The notes beneath the pieces are model-generated. The model was not told where the DNA came from, did not search any database, and saw only the letters and a program-made list of their open reading frames with translations. From Candidatus Woesearchaeota archaeon (lineage in GTDB: Archaea > Nanobdellota > Nanobdellia > Pacearchaeales > GW2011-AR1), in contig CAYPFA010000001.1 of assembly GCA_964410025.1 (NCBI GenBank), positions 223,401 through 287,400 on the forward strand: DNA of 64,000 nucleotides, written 5' to 3'. Shown one piece after another: positions 43,367 to 55,440 of the stretch; the first letter of the stretch is position 1, and the number at the start of each line of letters is the position of its first letter. Made by a program: the position numbers and the translations under genes.

Positions 43367-43891
43367 TTAGCACCGATCTAATCTAATAGAAACAACGTCG
43401 TCACGTTCAATATATTCGCCACTAAATATTTTCATTGGCTGTCTTCTTTGAAAAGCGGCATTTCTTCTAGCAACATTTCTAACTTCTGGAACACCACATC
43501 TTATTCTGTCTGCTAATTTATCAAAAAAACCATCTCGAGGACCAGACAAATAAGGTTCAAATTTTTTATCTGCCAAATCATTTTCTTTATTTAAGTAAAG
43601 AACATCAATTCGACCATAATCATTCATAACAGAACGAAACTCACCACAATATCCGTCAACACCAGGAATAGAAATTCTTTTTGAACCGTCATAATCTCGC
43701 ATTAAAGAAATATTTCCCGCACTATTCATTCTATCTGCTTTTTTTGTCATCTGGCCACCAACAAAAAGCCATTCTCCCAAATGTAAATCAACAGAAAAAC
43801 TAGGATATCTAGGACTAGTTGGAGTAGCCTGCGTTAATGGACCTTCAGATAAATCAACCACATTAAAACTAACTTGATTATGTTTTCTCAT
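43367..43891 (-). CDS. Hypothetical protein
   Basis: 174-aa ORF. No family recognised. Confidence 0.35.
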   Translation of the reverse strand: MRKHNQVSFNVVDLSEGPLTQATPTSPRYPSFSVDLHLGEWLFVGGQMTKKADRMNSAGNISLMRDYDGSKRISIPGVDGYCGEFRSVMNDYGRIDVLYLNKENDLADKKFEPYLSGPRDGFFDKLADRIRCGVPEVRNVARRNAAFQRRQPMKIFSGEYIERDDVVSIRLDRC

Positions 43892-44102
43892 AAAAACTAT
43901 ACAAAAATTCCCTTTAAAAACCTTAGCATTTAACCACTATAAAGTTACACTAAAATAAATTAATAAAACACAAATCTGGGAAGCCCCATAAACTTCCCAA
44001 ATCTGTAATGCATCATCCTCGAGTGATTTTGATATTTTTAATTTATCTTTTATTTTCTTAATTACATCTACCTGTTATCAAGCCTCATCATGCTATCAAA
44101 TC

Positions 44103-44151
44103 GCGTGCGGAGCACGCACATAATCAAATTGATTTTGTGAAACAAAATCAA
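44103..44151. ncRNA. Double-hairpin element, copy E
   Basis: GCGTGC-gga-GCACGC, a, CATAATCAAA, TTGATTTTGT-gaa-ACAAAATCAA. Lies 10 nt beyond the cdc48 stop. Confidence 0.45.
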
Positions 44152-44160
44152 CCATTGCGT

Positions 44161-46516
<2,356 letters not shown>

Positions 46517-46527
<11 letters not shown>

Positions 46528-46858
46528 ATTTTACTCCTGCATATTTTGCGCCAGTTTCTTCCTTAACATGCTGACGACAAAACGGACACCTATGCTCCGC
46601 ATTTTTCTTTAAATATTTTTCAAAATCACTTTTATAGCCCGGCAAACCACGACCATTTCCACGTGCTTTATCTTTTTCATAAGACGGTAAATCATAGCCC
46701 TCGCTAGCTGTTCTCGTTTGACCAAAATTATCTCCGAATAAAGAAGCCAAATCATAACCTGCATCACTATCTCTCTTACCACTATAATTAAGATTAATAG
46801 TTACATTATACTTTGCGCCTGTTTTTGTACTATCTTCCATTGTTTTCCTCGTCCTCAT
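46517..46858 (-). CDS. Hypothetical protein with C-terminal CPFC motif
   Basis: 113-aa ORF overlapping both neighbours (cdc48 by 11 nt, the upstream ORF by 29 nt). Confidence 0.35.
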
Positions 46859-47417
46859 TTAATTTATCATCTCTTAAAATAACTTTCTTATTATTCTGCG
46901 GATTTACTGAATCTGAAACTTGTTTTATATGAAACACCTTTCCGTTCTTTATGATTTTCACTTCCTTTGATTTTAAAATCCTTGCATTTGCCCCCTTAAG
47001 AGCGGGTACACCGAGCGGTGCTGCATTTTCCTCATCAGCACCGGGAGTATTAAATTTTAAACTAATTTTTCCAGCTTCTTCAAAACACATCTTAACCATA
47101 TTGTTCATCATATTTTCCTGGTCCTGCATAAAAGAAACAATTTCTCTTGGAATAGAAACAGCATAAGAATTTCCAACCATTCTCATCTTAACTTCATATT
47201 CTTTATTCTTTAATCTCATAAATTCTTCATACTCTGTCTTATCATTTGGATGAATAATTATCTTAGAACACTTTTCACATTTAACAGCTCTCAAATTAAA
47301 CCCATTCTTAGAAATAAGAACATTTTTCATTTCTTTTCCGCATTCATTACATAAAATCTTGTTGTCGAATATATCCATGTTTTTAGCTACCTTCTGTGTA
47401 TACACATACATATACAC
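46830..47417 (-). CDS. Zn-ribbon + AbrB/SpoVT-like domain protein; start probably at the MDIFDNK methionine (47378)
   Basis: CNECGKEM...CEKCSK ribbon, then MRMVGNSYAVSIPREIVSFM, an AbrB-type swapped hairpin. Confidence 0.5.
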   Translation of the reverse strand: MYMYVYTQKVAKNMDIFDNKILCNECGKEMKNVLISKNGFNLRAVKCEKCSKIIIHPNDKTEYEEFMRLKNKEYEVKMRMVGNSYAVSIPREIVSFMQDQENMMNNMVKMCFEEAGKISLKFNTPGADEENAAPLGVPALKGANARILKSKEVKIIKNGKVFHIKQVSDSVNPQNNKKVILRDDKLNEDEENNGR

Positions 47418-47475
47418 ACCTTTATAAATCTTTTGGTAGAAAAACAGCGATGAAAAATTCGACGAGAAAAATTAT

Positions 47476-47892
47476 CTATCTCTTTTTACCACTTCTTACC
47501 AAATCGTATGTTTGTCTTATGTCTCTAAAAAGTGTTGCAATATCCGTAGGCTTTTGAAATACACGATTACTACCTAATTCTCTAACAATATCAAACCATT
47601 TTTCATGATATCCGCTACATACATAAATTTCCGGCCTTAATATCTCTCCTGCTCCGACCTTCTCTTTTACATTTGCAATAAATTCCAAACCATTCATCAT
47701 TGGCATGTTTAAATCTGTAAGAATCACGGGATACGACTCTCCCAAAACACAATTTACTACAACAAACGCATCTGCGATTAATCCATTTACCGCTAAATCT
47801 GCAGGTATTCCATTCATAGAAGCGCCAATGCCAAACAAACGCCTTATGTTGTTCTCATCTTCTATTATTAGTATTTTATCGCTGTATTTCAT
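47476..47892 (-). CDS. Stand-alone response-regulator receiver domain
   Basis: ILIIEDENNIRRLF, ILTDLNMPMMNGLEF (phospho-acceptor Asp), FQKP. Confidence 0.75.
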   Translation of the reverse strand: MKYSDKILIIEDENNIRRLFGIGASMNGIPADLAVNGLIADAFVVVNCVLGESYPVILTDLNMPMMNGLEFIANVKEKVGAGEILRPEIYVCSGYHEKWFDIVRELGSNRVFQKPTDIATLFRDIRQTYDLVRSGKKR

Positions 47893-47956
47893 ATTTTCAC
47901 AATTTTTTACATATTTAAAAAACTTTCTATTATACGGCTAGATAATTAATAAATTC

Positions 47957-48985
47957 CTACTCCGTCGTCACATACACTTTATCAGCAAAAACAATTGTAT
48001 GTTCTGCCTGAGAAACCGCTTTCTTTTCTTTTTCAACTAAAACTGGAAAATTATAAATAATTCCTTCCTTAACCAAAATACTCAAACAAAAATTTACTTT
48101 GGGAATTGCTGCTTTCTCTAGCCATCTTTTACAAAAAGGTTTTGTCCTATAATTTTCTTTAATATGCGCTAATAAATTTCTGACATCTCTATCTCTCGGC
48201 ATTCTTTCCTGCTGTAAAACATAAATCTCCGAAGGTTTTCCCTCATAAATTTCTCCAGCACCCGTTGTCAAAAACGGCTCAATTGCAACTGCACAATCTT
48301 CAAGCTCAGCATTGTTCTCATTTTTCAAATTACTAATTGTCATACCGGCATGAATATTATCTTCATCAAGTCCATGTCCAGCTAGATTTCTAATAACCTT
48401 ATACCTTCCATCCTTTTGTACAAGCTCACCAATTGTATTTCCAATAATTTTAACAGCACAACCAACTTCCAATTTTTTCAAAGCCTCGCCCAAAACAAAT
48501 TCATTAAATTTGATCATTTCAGAATACTTTTTATCGTCGGTCAAATCAAACGAAAATGCCAAATCAGCAATAAACCCACCAACCTCCACGCCCAAATCAA
48601 CTTTCAAGAGTCCCTCAGCTTTTGTTTCATCTTTCAAGCCAGGAGTGTAATGGGCCGCAATTTCATTCAAAGATAAATTAAGCGGAAATGCAATTTTTCC
48701 CCCAAGCTCAAAAACCTTTCCCTCAATTTTTTCAGCAATATCAATCAATAACATATCTTTCTTAACAAATCCCCTCGCAAACTCTCTAACTTTTTTTCCA
48801 ATCTCTCCAGCTTTCATATAATTCTTCAGAATATCTGCAGAAATTTCCTGCTCATTCTTACTATCAGATATAACTCCCGTAGAGCTAACACTTGGCTTTT
48901 TTAACTCAACAGCACCTTGTTTAATATCAGTAGACTTCCCTTTAAATCCATGCGAACTAGCGCCACCATATTGCTTTTCAGTCAT
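47957..48985 (-). CDS. map: Methionine aminopeptidase, type 2 (archaeal)
   Basis: AAHYTP, VDLGVEVGGFIADLAFS, GHGL, IEPFLTTG, AEHTIVF. N-terminal ~45-aa extension. Confidence 0.9.
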   Translation of the reverse strand: MTEKQYGGASSHGFKGKSTDIKQGAVELKKPSVSSTGVISDSKNEQEISADILKNYMKAGEIGKKVREFARGFVKKDMLLIDIAEKIEGKVFELGGKIAFPLNLSLNEIAAHYTPGLKDETKAEGLLKVDLGVEVGGFIADLAFSFDLTDDKKYSEMIKFNEFVLGEALKKLEVGCAVKIIGNTIGELVQKDGRYKVIRNLAGHGLDEDNIHAGMTISNLKNENNAELEDCAVAIEPFLTTGAGEIYEGKPSEIYVLQQERMPRDRDVRNLLAHIKENYRTKPFCKRWLEKAAIPKVNFCLSILVKEGIIYNFPVLVEKEKKAVSQAEHTIVFADKVYVTTE

Positions 48986-49088
48986 AACCTACCAAATTAA
49001 GTGCCCGTTTTAAATATTGTGATAGAAGAATATGCCCACTATTCAAAATATGGAAAATCATTAAATATTGAAAAAACTAAATTAAATT

Positions 49089-49652
49089 ATGAAAAATAAA
49101 TTAAGCATAATTATCCTCGTATTTTTTTTAATATTATCTATAAATTTCATCTCTGCAAAAACAGCAGTAATCACTAAAAACGGATATGATTTTTCGAGCT
49201 CAACTGGAGCATATGTCAAACCTGGTCAATGCGGAAATATTTGTAGCTGGATCGTACAAAACCAAGTTATCATTGGAGCAGCCGACTCAAACTACACAAA
49301 ATGGGGTGGAACATTAAAATATGATTTTGACCTTTCAAAATATAACAACATTCATAGCGTTAAAGTTTTAGTTGAATGGCCTCATTATCGAGGAAAAGGT
49401 TTACACTCACCTAGCTCAACTGGCGGCGGTTCAATATCTATAAATCAAATAACAAATGTAATTAAAAAATATTCTCTAAACTATCCATGCTCGCCATCCT
49501 CAGACAAGTTCTCAACACAATGTGGAACATGGAGCAGCTCGGTAGACATTCCTAAAGCATCTATAAAAGATAAAACAAAAGTTTTCCTTACGGCAAATTC
49601 TAAATCAGCTTGGGATGTTGCAAAAGTTTCTTTAGTTGTTAATTACGGCTAA
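49089..49652 (+). CDS. Secreted hypothetical protein
   Basis: Signal peptide LSIIILVFFLILSINFISA. No family recognised. Confidence 0.4.
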   Translation: MKNKLSIIILVFFLILSINFISAKTAVITKNGYDFSSSTGAYVKPGQCGNICSWIVQNQVIIGAADSNYTKWGGTLKYDFDLSKYNNIHSVKVLVEWPHYRGKGLHSPSSTGGGSISINQITNVIKKYSLNYPCSPSSDKFSTQCGTWSSSVDIPKASIKDKTKVFLTANSKSAWDVAKVSLVVNYG

Positions 49653-50140
49653 TTTTTAATCCAACGTTCTTTCGGTAAAAAACTAATTATAATTCCTTGG
49701 TTACTTAATTTTCCAGTTCCAACAAAATCATTCTTATGTTTTATAGCACAATAATCTTTTATCTTAGCATATTTCTCTTTCTGTTCTACGGTCAACTCAA
49801 TATTATTTCCTCTAAACCATTTCTGCAACTGCTCATCATCCAATTCAATAATATTTTCTGTAATCAAATCTTTCAATAAATGAATTGCGTCCAAACTTAA
49901 CCTAGCTTCCTTTCTACCGTGTTTATCAATCATTAATTTTCCAAAATAAAGTCCGAATCCCTCCACCGGATAGTGTCTCCAAATTTTCATAATTTCATCA
50001 TACCCTAAATGTCCAGAATAAGCTCTCAATGTTTCTTTTCCAGAAGAAATAAATAAGTAAGGCAACTTAAATTTTCCCAAATACGAAACTTCTTCTAAAA
50101 ACGCTTTCTTCTTTGTGCTGTCGAGAATGTCAATTTTCAT
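49649..50140 (-). CDS. Hypothetical protein, weakly NIP7/pre-PUA-like
   Basis: 163 aa, last gene of a four-gene overlapping operon. The family assignment rests only on general pattern similarity. Confidence 0.3.
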   Translation of the reverse strand: MKIDILDSTKKKAFLEEVSYLGKFKLPYLFISSGKETLRAYSGHLGYDEIMKIWRHYPVEGFGLYFGKLMIDKHGRKEARLSLDAIHLLKDLITENIIELDDEQLQKWFRGNNIELTVEQKEKYAKIKDYCAIKHKNDFVGTGKLSNQGIIISFLPKERWIKN

Positions 50141-50643
50141 TTTGAATGTTTCTTAATAAAAGCCTCCTTTAGTTTTCTATAAATTTTTCCTTCACCCTTA
50201 GCAATAATTATCGCTCTTTTCTTAAGCATGACATAATCACTCAAAAGTTTCGGATTAGATTTTAACTTATCCCTAAATTTTACAGCCTGCTTCCACACAT
50301 CACTTCCAATCAAAGTCAAATGAATATGAAAATGTTTTCTAAATAAAAATCCACGGCTAACCTTAAAAGAAACTCTGTCATCTCCTGATAAATTTGTCAT
50401 AATAATATAATTATTTTTCAACAAAACTTTCTCAGCACTTATCAAATCACCTTTCTTCCTGAAACTAACAAGAATATCAATAATTCCCTTACCGCCAAGA
50501 CCAGGAACAGCCGTACTTCCGACGTGCTCTAGTCCAAAAACTCCCGGCAAAATTCTAATCAAAAAACTCTTTTCTTTCTCAAATAACTCTGGATATTTTC
50601 TATCGTATTCTCTAAAAACATATTTATTCATTTTTTCCTCCAC
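50137..50643 (-). CDS. GrpB-family nucleotidyltransferase-fold protein
   Basis: LEHVGSTAVPGLGGKGIIDILV is the GrpB signature. Confidence 0.65.
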   Translation of the reverse strand: MEEKMNKYVFREYDRKYPELFEKEKSFLIRILPGVFGLEHVGSTAVPGLGGKGIIDILVSFRKKGDLISAEKVLLKNNYIIMTNLSGDDRVSFKVSRGFLFRKHFHIHLTLIGSDVWKQAVKFRDKLKSNPKLLSDYVMLKKRAIIIAKGEGKIYRKLKEAFIKKHSK

Positions 50644-51175
50644 CTATTTCAAATCTTCTATAAACTTCCCACAACCCGCCAACCTTTTTTAACAAACTAA
50701 GATTATCCAATTTCATTTCATATTTTGGAACTGGCAAAGACTGCAAATAATCCCAAATTCCATCAAAACTTTCCTTACTATTTCCATAGGAAATTGTTAA
50801 ATGCGGATGAAATTCCACATCGTGTTCTCCTAAAACAACCTCAGGAAAAACTTTTATTTCTTCAAGAATATCCCTTTGAATTTGCAAAGCTTCTTTAGAA
50901 AAATCCGTATTCAAAAATGCAACATATCTTCTAAAATCTCCAAATCCCTTAACAGAAATTTTTGCTTGCTTTTGTTTTTTAGCAAACTCTTCAATAGCTT
51001 TTTCTAATTTTTCAGGATTATCCATAAAAAATGGAGATTTCAAAGTTGCATGCACCGGGCGAGGCTGTTCAATCATATAATTCTCACCAAATTTCGGTCC
51101 AACTTCACCAACCAATTTAGAAACATATTCATCAACTTCCTTGCTAGGCAAATAAACTAAAACATATCTACCCAT
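50624..51175 (-). CDS. 2H phosphoesterase (LigT / 2'-5' RNA ligase family)
   Basis: Two HxT/S motifs, HATLKSPF and HLTISYG, with appropriate spacing. Confidence 0.7.
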   Translation of the reverse strand: MGRYVLVYLPSKEVDEYVSKLVGEVGPKFGENYMIEQPRPVHATLKSPFFMDNPEKLEKAIEEFAKKQKQAKISVKGFGDFRRYVAFLNTDFSKEALQIQRDILEEIKVFPEVVLGEHDVEFHPHLTISYGNSKESFDGIWDYLQSLPVPKYEMKLDNLSLLKKVGGLWEVYRRFEIGGGKNE

Positions 51176-52334
51176 TATTCACTTCCTCCTCTACTATTTC
51201 TTCTGCATCCGTTTCCATCTCCAGCTCAGCAGCCGCATCAGTATATTTCTGCCCGTCTAGACTAACGCCCGCGTGTGCCTCTTCAAACTTCGCGTACTCA
51301 TCTTTCTCATTCAACAAACATTTCTCACTCAACTTAGTAATCTTCGCCAAAAAAAATCCATCGCTATCGTTATCTTGCGGATAAAGTCTTACACAATTTT
51401 TAAGTTCTTCATCAAACTTTTCTCCTTCCCAATCAATAACTCCACTTCTTGTTTTCAATGGCAATTCCACTTTTTCAATTCTAATATCAAAATTTTGTTT
51501 CAAATAATTAACAACCATCTCATCCTCTTCTGGCCCCAAAGTGCAAGTTGAATAAATCATTTCTCCACCAACTCTCAAAAGTTTTAATGCTTCAGAAGCA
51601 AGCCTCCTCTGAACTCTAGACAAACCTCTGATAAAATTCATATTCCACATCTCAAATGTCTTTGGAGACTTCCTCAGCGTTCCTTCACCAGAGCATGGAG
51701 CATCAACTAAAATTTTATCAAACTGAATTTTAATTTCCCGCGCCCACTTTAAACAAAAAGAAACTCCTTCCATTCTTGTAATCATTGTATTCATAACTCC
51801 AGACTTCTCTAGATTCGCACTCAAAATCCTAATTCTTCCAATATTAATTTCATTCGCAATAATAGTCCCTTTGTTTCCCATTATCGCCGCAGCCTGAGTA
51901 GTTTTACTTCCAGGAGATGCACACAAATCCAAAAACAATTCATTTTCCATTGGTTGCAAAACAAACATTGGCAACATTGATGAAATTTCCTGCACATAAA
52001 AATAACCTAATAAATGTTCAATAGACTTACCAAGCTCTCCGGGTTTCAAATTACTTTCCCTTAGAACAATCATCGCCTCGGGAAATTCCCTATACGGCTG
52101 TCTGATTTTCCAGCCATGCTCCTCAAGTCTTTTCTTTAACTCCTCTGGAGAAATTTTCAAAGTGTTACATCTAATAAAATCAGGTGAAGAAGTATAAGAA
52201 ATCTCAAAAAACTTTTTAGTATCTTCTTTTCCAATTAACTTTTCCATTCTTCCCACAAACTCTGGCTTAGGCTGAAATCTCTCCATCAATTTTTCCTTGT
52301 TTGTTTTCTTCACATAATTCTTATCAAAGTCCAT
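51168..52334 (-). CDS. NOL1/NOP2/Sun-family RNA (cytosine-C5) methyltransferase
   Basis: DLCASPGSKT, DAPCSGEG, YSTCT motifs. Confidence 0.85.
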   Translation of the reverse strand: MDFDKNYVKKTNKEKLMERFQPKPEFVGRMEKLIGKEDTKKFFEISYTSSPDFIRCNTLKISPEELKKRLEEHGWKIRQPYREFPEAMIVLRESNLKPGELGKSIEHLLGYFYVQEISSMLPMFVLQPMENELFLDLCASPGSKTTQAAAIMGNKGTIIANEINIGRIRILSANLEKSGVMNTMITRMEGVSFCLKWAREIKIQFDKILVDAPCSGEGTLRKSPKTFEMWNMNFIRGLSRVQRRLASEALKLLRVGGEMIYSTCTLGPEEDEMVVNYLKQNFDIRIEKVELPLKTRSGVIDWEGEKFDEELKNCVRLYPQDNDSDGFFLAKITKLSEKCLLNEKDEYAKFEEAHAGVSLDGQKYTDAAAELEMETDAEEIVEEEVNNG

Positions 52335-52446
52335 AAAATAGAAACCAAAAAGAGCAATTTAAATCTTGTTATTGGCAAATTCTTAGAAAAATAATTATAA
52401 TTAAAAATTTGTACCCAACTATTAAAAAAACAGATTCTTACTAACT

Positions 52447-52494
52447 CGAGTGCGGGGCACTCGCATAATCAAAAAAAATTTGCGAAGCAAATTT
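52447..52494. ncRNA. Double-hairpin element, copy F
   Basis: CGAGTGC-ggg-GCACTCG, CATAATCAAA, AAATTTGC-gaa-GCAAATTT. A TATA-like actattaaaaaaac sits ~23 nt upstream on the plus strand. Confidence 0.45.
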
Positions 52495-52582
52495 GACAAT
52501 TCCCTTTAAAAAACCCTATCGTCATAATATAAACAAACAATATCACAACAATCCTTTTAAATAATACTATTATAATAATTTT

Positions 52583-52900
52583 ATGACACATACATTTAGA
52601 CTCTACAATTTGCAAGGAAGAACAATGTTGCCCGCACTCCAAATAGACGTGAGAAGATCCGGCTATTCTACACAACACATTGCAAGTGAAGGACTTAGCG
52701 GACTAGTTGATGATTTGAAAAGTTATGTAAATGTTTCTATGAAAGATGCAGTACAAATATCAATCATTCCACAAGCTCATCCGTTCTGGGCAGAAAAAGG
52801 AATGCACTACCTACCAGCAACACTGGCTCAACAATCAGAATTCACAAGATTAGCAAAAGAAAAGGGACTTGAATTAATCTGGACACAAGAAAAAGATTAA
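52583..52900 (+). CDS. Hypothetical protein
   Basis: 105-aa ORF. No family recognised. Confidence 0.35.
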   Translation: MTHTFRLYNLQGRTMLPALQIDVRRSGYSTQHIASEGLSGLVDDLKSYVNVSMKDAVQISIIPQAHPFWAEKGMHYLPATLAQQSEFTRLAKEKGLELIWTQEKD

Positions 52901-52907
52901 TTAAAAC

Positions 52908-53315
52908 TTACTTTTCCCAAACATAAATTCTCACAAGCTTCGGATCATATTTTGTCAAATTAGCACTAATCATTCTTCCTTCCACAAAAACTTCCTTACT
53001 GGAACTAATAGAAATTATGCAATTAGAACTCTGATCTAGATTACAAACAACCACATCTGAATTAAAATTTGACGGAATATTTGCAACTATATAATTTTTC
53101 AAAAAACTAGTATTTGAATCTAAAACCGCAGCTCGTAAACTTTCATTAGAGCCAATATTATCTAATAAATTAATCTCCAAATTTGAAACATAATCAGAAT
53201 AACTTATAGCCACTGGTTTGTTTGTATAAATAACAATCAAAACACTAGCCATAATCAAAACAGCTATAACTGATTCTAAAATCCTCATCCACCCTCTTTT
53301 TGCCATCATTATCAA
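52908..53315 (-). CDS. Archaeal type IV pilin-like protein
   Basis: MIMMAKRGWMRILESVIAVLIMASVLIVIY, a KRG-W class III signal peptide. Confidence 0.6.
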   Translation of the reverse strand: MIMMAKRGWMRILESVIAVLIMASVLIVIYTNKPVAISYSDYVSNLEINLLDNIGSNESLRAAVLDSNTSFLKNYIVANIPSNFNSDVVVCNLDQSSNCIISISSSKEVFVEGRMISANLTKYDPKLVRIYVWEK

Positions 53316-53347
53316 TCAAACCCCTTCTGGTTTATAAAGTTTTCAAA

Positions 53348-54181
53348 CTAAGCAGAAAACAATAACTTCGCGCCAAACGAAACAACCAACGCAATAGTTA
53401 ATAAAATAAACGAATGCTTAATTCCATCCTTAACATTTCCCTCTGCAATTTTTCCTATAACTAATCCGGCAAAAAACGATTGAACCAATAATAAAATAAG
53501 CAATGGCCTACTCAGATCGGCAGTTTCTCTTATCGCAACCGTTTCATTTAAATCTATCCCGCTACTTCCCGCACCACTAACCATTGGTAAAATATAATAT
53601 TGAAGCACTAATATTATCAAAATGAAAACAATAAAAATAATATATCCCTGTACAACGAGATTGTAAACTGCCGATGTCTGTTCTTTTTTTAACTCCTCAA
53701 TTTGATTAACTGAATTAGCAACTGAATTAAGTATTGTGTCAATTTCCCCTCCAGAACGCTCTGCCTCTGCTATTAATCCCACTGCTCTAGAAATAACCCT
53801 ACTCCCCGTATCGTTTGCAAAATTAATCAATCCGCCCGTTAAAGTAATTCCTATATCTAACTGATTAGAAAGTTTTTGTACATGCGGACTAAGTACACCA
53901 TAATCTCTTTTTCTTAAATTATGAATAGCGCTATTTATTGGAGTTCCAGATCTAACACTTTCAACTAAATCACGAGCAAATTCCAAAAATCTGGATTCCT
54001 TTTCTCTTTGTATTTTGGCACCAATTGCAAATTTATAAACAAACGGGGCAGATGCTAAAACAAAAATAAGAATTCCTATAAAATACATCAAATTAGGATT
54101 TTTATAAAATACAATTAAGTCTAACAATAAAAAGAATATTGCTACTCCTGCCACAATCATCTGACCTTTTTCAAATTCCAT
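53348..54181 (-). CDS. Type II secretion system F-domain membrane protein (FlaJ/TadC-like, C-terminal half equivalent)
   Basis: TM helices flank a cytoplasmic helical bundle (SVRSGTPINSAI...GITLTGGL...AERSGGEIDTIL), typical of T2SSF. Confidence 0.7.
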   Translation of the reverse strand: MEFEKGQMIVAGVAIFFLLLDLIVFYKNPNLMYFIGILIFVLASAPFVYKFAIGAKIQREKESRFLEFARDLVESVRSGTPINSAIHNLRKRDYGVLSPHVQKLSNQLDIGITLTGGLINFANDTGSRVISRAVGLIAEAERSGGEIDTILNSVANSVNQIEELKKEQTSAVYNLVVQGYIIFIVFILIILVLQYYILPMVSGAGSSGIDLNETVAIRETADLSRPLLILLLVQSFFAGLVIGKIAEGNVKDGIKHSFILLTIALVVSFGAKLLFSA

Positions 54182-55440
54182 TATATTTTTGGTTGCTTAA
54201 TTTGAAGAAACAATATAAAAAACACATTCAAAAGCGCAACACCTCCTATTGCTAAACCGACGATAGTATTAACTGATAATCCGCCCAAATTCAAATTAGT
54301 AAGTCCCATTATAACAACCAACATAACTAAAATTAACGGAGCGGTAATTAAAATACTAATATAAACATCCATAAAAGTTCCGGCTACCGAATTATATCTC
54401 ATTCTTTCCGCTCGATAATCACTCAGTAAATTTTCCGATTTCTTTTCCAGATAATTTTTCAATGATGAACCAGAAGAAATATTTGTTGCTATTCCGCCAA
54501 GTAATTCTGAAAGTTTTTTGTTTGGCGTAGACTTGGCAATATTTTTCAAAGAAGTTACTAAATCAAAACCATAAATTTCCACCTGATTAATTACCTTTCT
54601 CATCTCAATTCCCACATGAGGATATTCATCTGACTCCGAAATAATTTTAAATATTTTAGTCGGATCCATATTAGATCCGGCAATGGAAGACATATATATT
54701 GTCACAAATGGCAACTCTCCACCCAGACCTTGCTCAAACGAAGATTTTTGCAACGAAGGGAATAAATAAAATCCTACACCTACTACAAAACTAATAAACA
54801 ATGGAGCCCAGATAAATAACAAAGCAGATATATTAAAAATAGCGAATAAAGCCACGACTAATAAAGACAAAATAAAAGAACAAGTTATAAAAAAAAGAGC
54901 AATTGAAAGATAACTCACTAATAAAAATCTAGAATTCGCTCCACGCAAATCTGCCTTTAAATCATCAAAATGTCCTATACTTATTTTCTCAGCCAAACCA
55001 CCAAAAAATCTGTTTGAAACAGCCGCCAATTTACTCGGAGTATTTAATTCTTCACGTTTTTTCTTTTTACTAAACTGCCGCAAACCCAAATCCGAAAGAC
55101 TAAGCTCTTTAAGATATTTTTCCCTATCTTCTTTCTTTAACGTAACCATTCCTTTTTTATTTTCAGCTCCCGTATAACTCACATTAACAAAATCTCCTCT
55201 AGGGATATAGCCTGAATATTCACCCGAAATATCTAATTTTTTAATAGCAGAAATTTTATCCAGCATATCCGGTATAACTCCATTAACCAACTTCATCCTT
55301 TGTGTTAAAGATTTCACAATATTAAAATAAAATTCTCTCTCACTTGAATCAGCGTAAAGAATATTCTCATTAACTTTTTTAAAATCTGCAACTATTTTTT
55401 TCAACTCTTTAATATTATTTTTTAAATCGTCTACGGTCAT
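54181..55440 (-). CDS. Type II secretion system F-domain membrane protein (FlaJ/TadC-like, N-terminal half equivalent)
   Basis: Soluble N-terminal region, then TM helices and the T2SSF repeat (IAGSNMDPTKIF...YGFDLVTSLKNIA...ISSGSSLKNYL). Confidence 0.7.
   Translation of the reverse strand: MTVDDLKNNIKELKKIVADFKKVNENILYADSSEREFYFNIVKSLTQRMKLVNGVIPDMLDKISAIKKLDISGEYSGYIPRGDFVNVSYTGAENKKGMVTLKKEDREKYLKELSLSDLGLRQFSKKKKREELNTPSKLAAVSNRFFGGLAEKISIGHFDDLKADLRGANSRFLLVSYLSIALFFITCSFILSLLVVALFAIFNISALLFIWAPLFISFVVGVGFYLFPSLQKSSFEQGLGGELPFVTIYMSSIAGSNMDPTKIFKIISESDEYPHVGIEMRKVINQVEIYGFDLVTSLKNIAKSTPNKKLSELLGGIATNISSGSSLKNYLEKKSENLLSDYRAERMRYNSVAGTFMDVYISILITAPLILVMLVVIMGLTNLNLGGLSVNTIVGLAIGGVALLNVFFILFLQIKQPKI

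Noticed and set aside
44088-44096. ATGATGA on the minus strand near the cdc48 3' end, considered as a C box of a C/D box sRNA.
   Set aside because: No CTGA D box and no terminal pairing lie within the expected 50-70 nt downstream.
52469-52678. 69-aa minus-strand ORF between nop2 and the 105-aa plus-strand ORF.
   Set aside because: It overlaps the double-hairpin element and the start of the opposite-strand ORF. It is Cys/Ile-rich and has no upstream signals.
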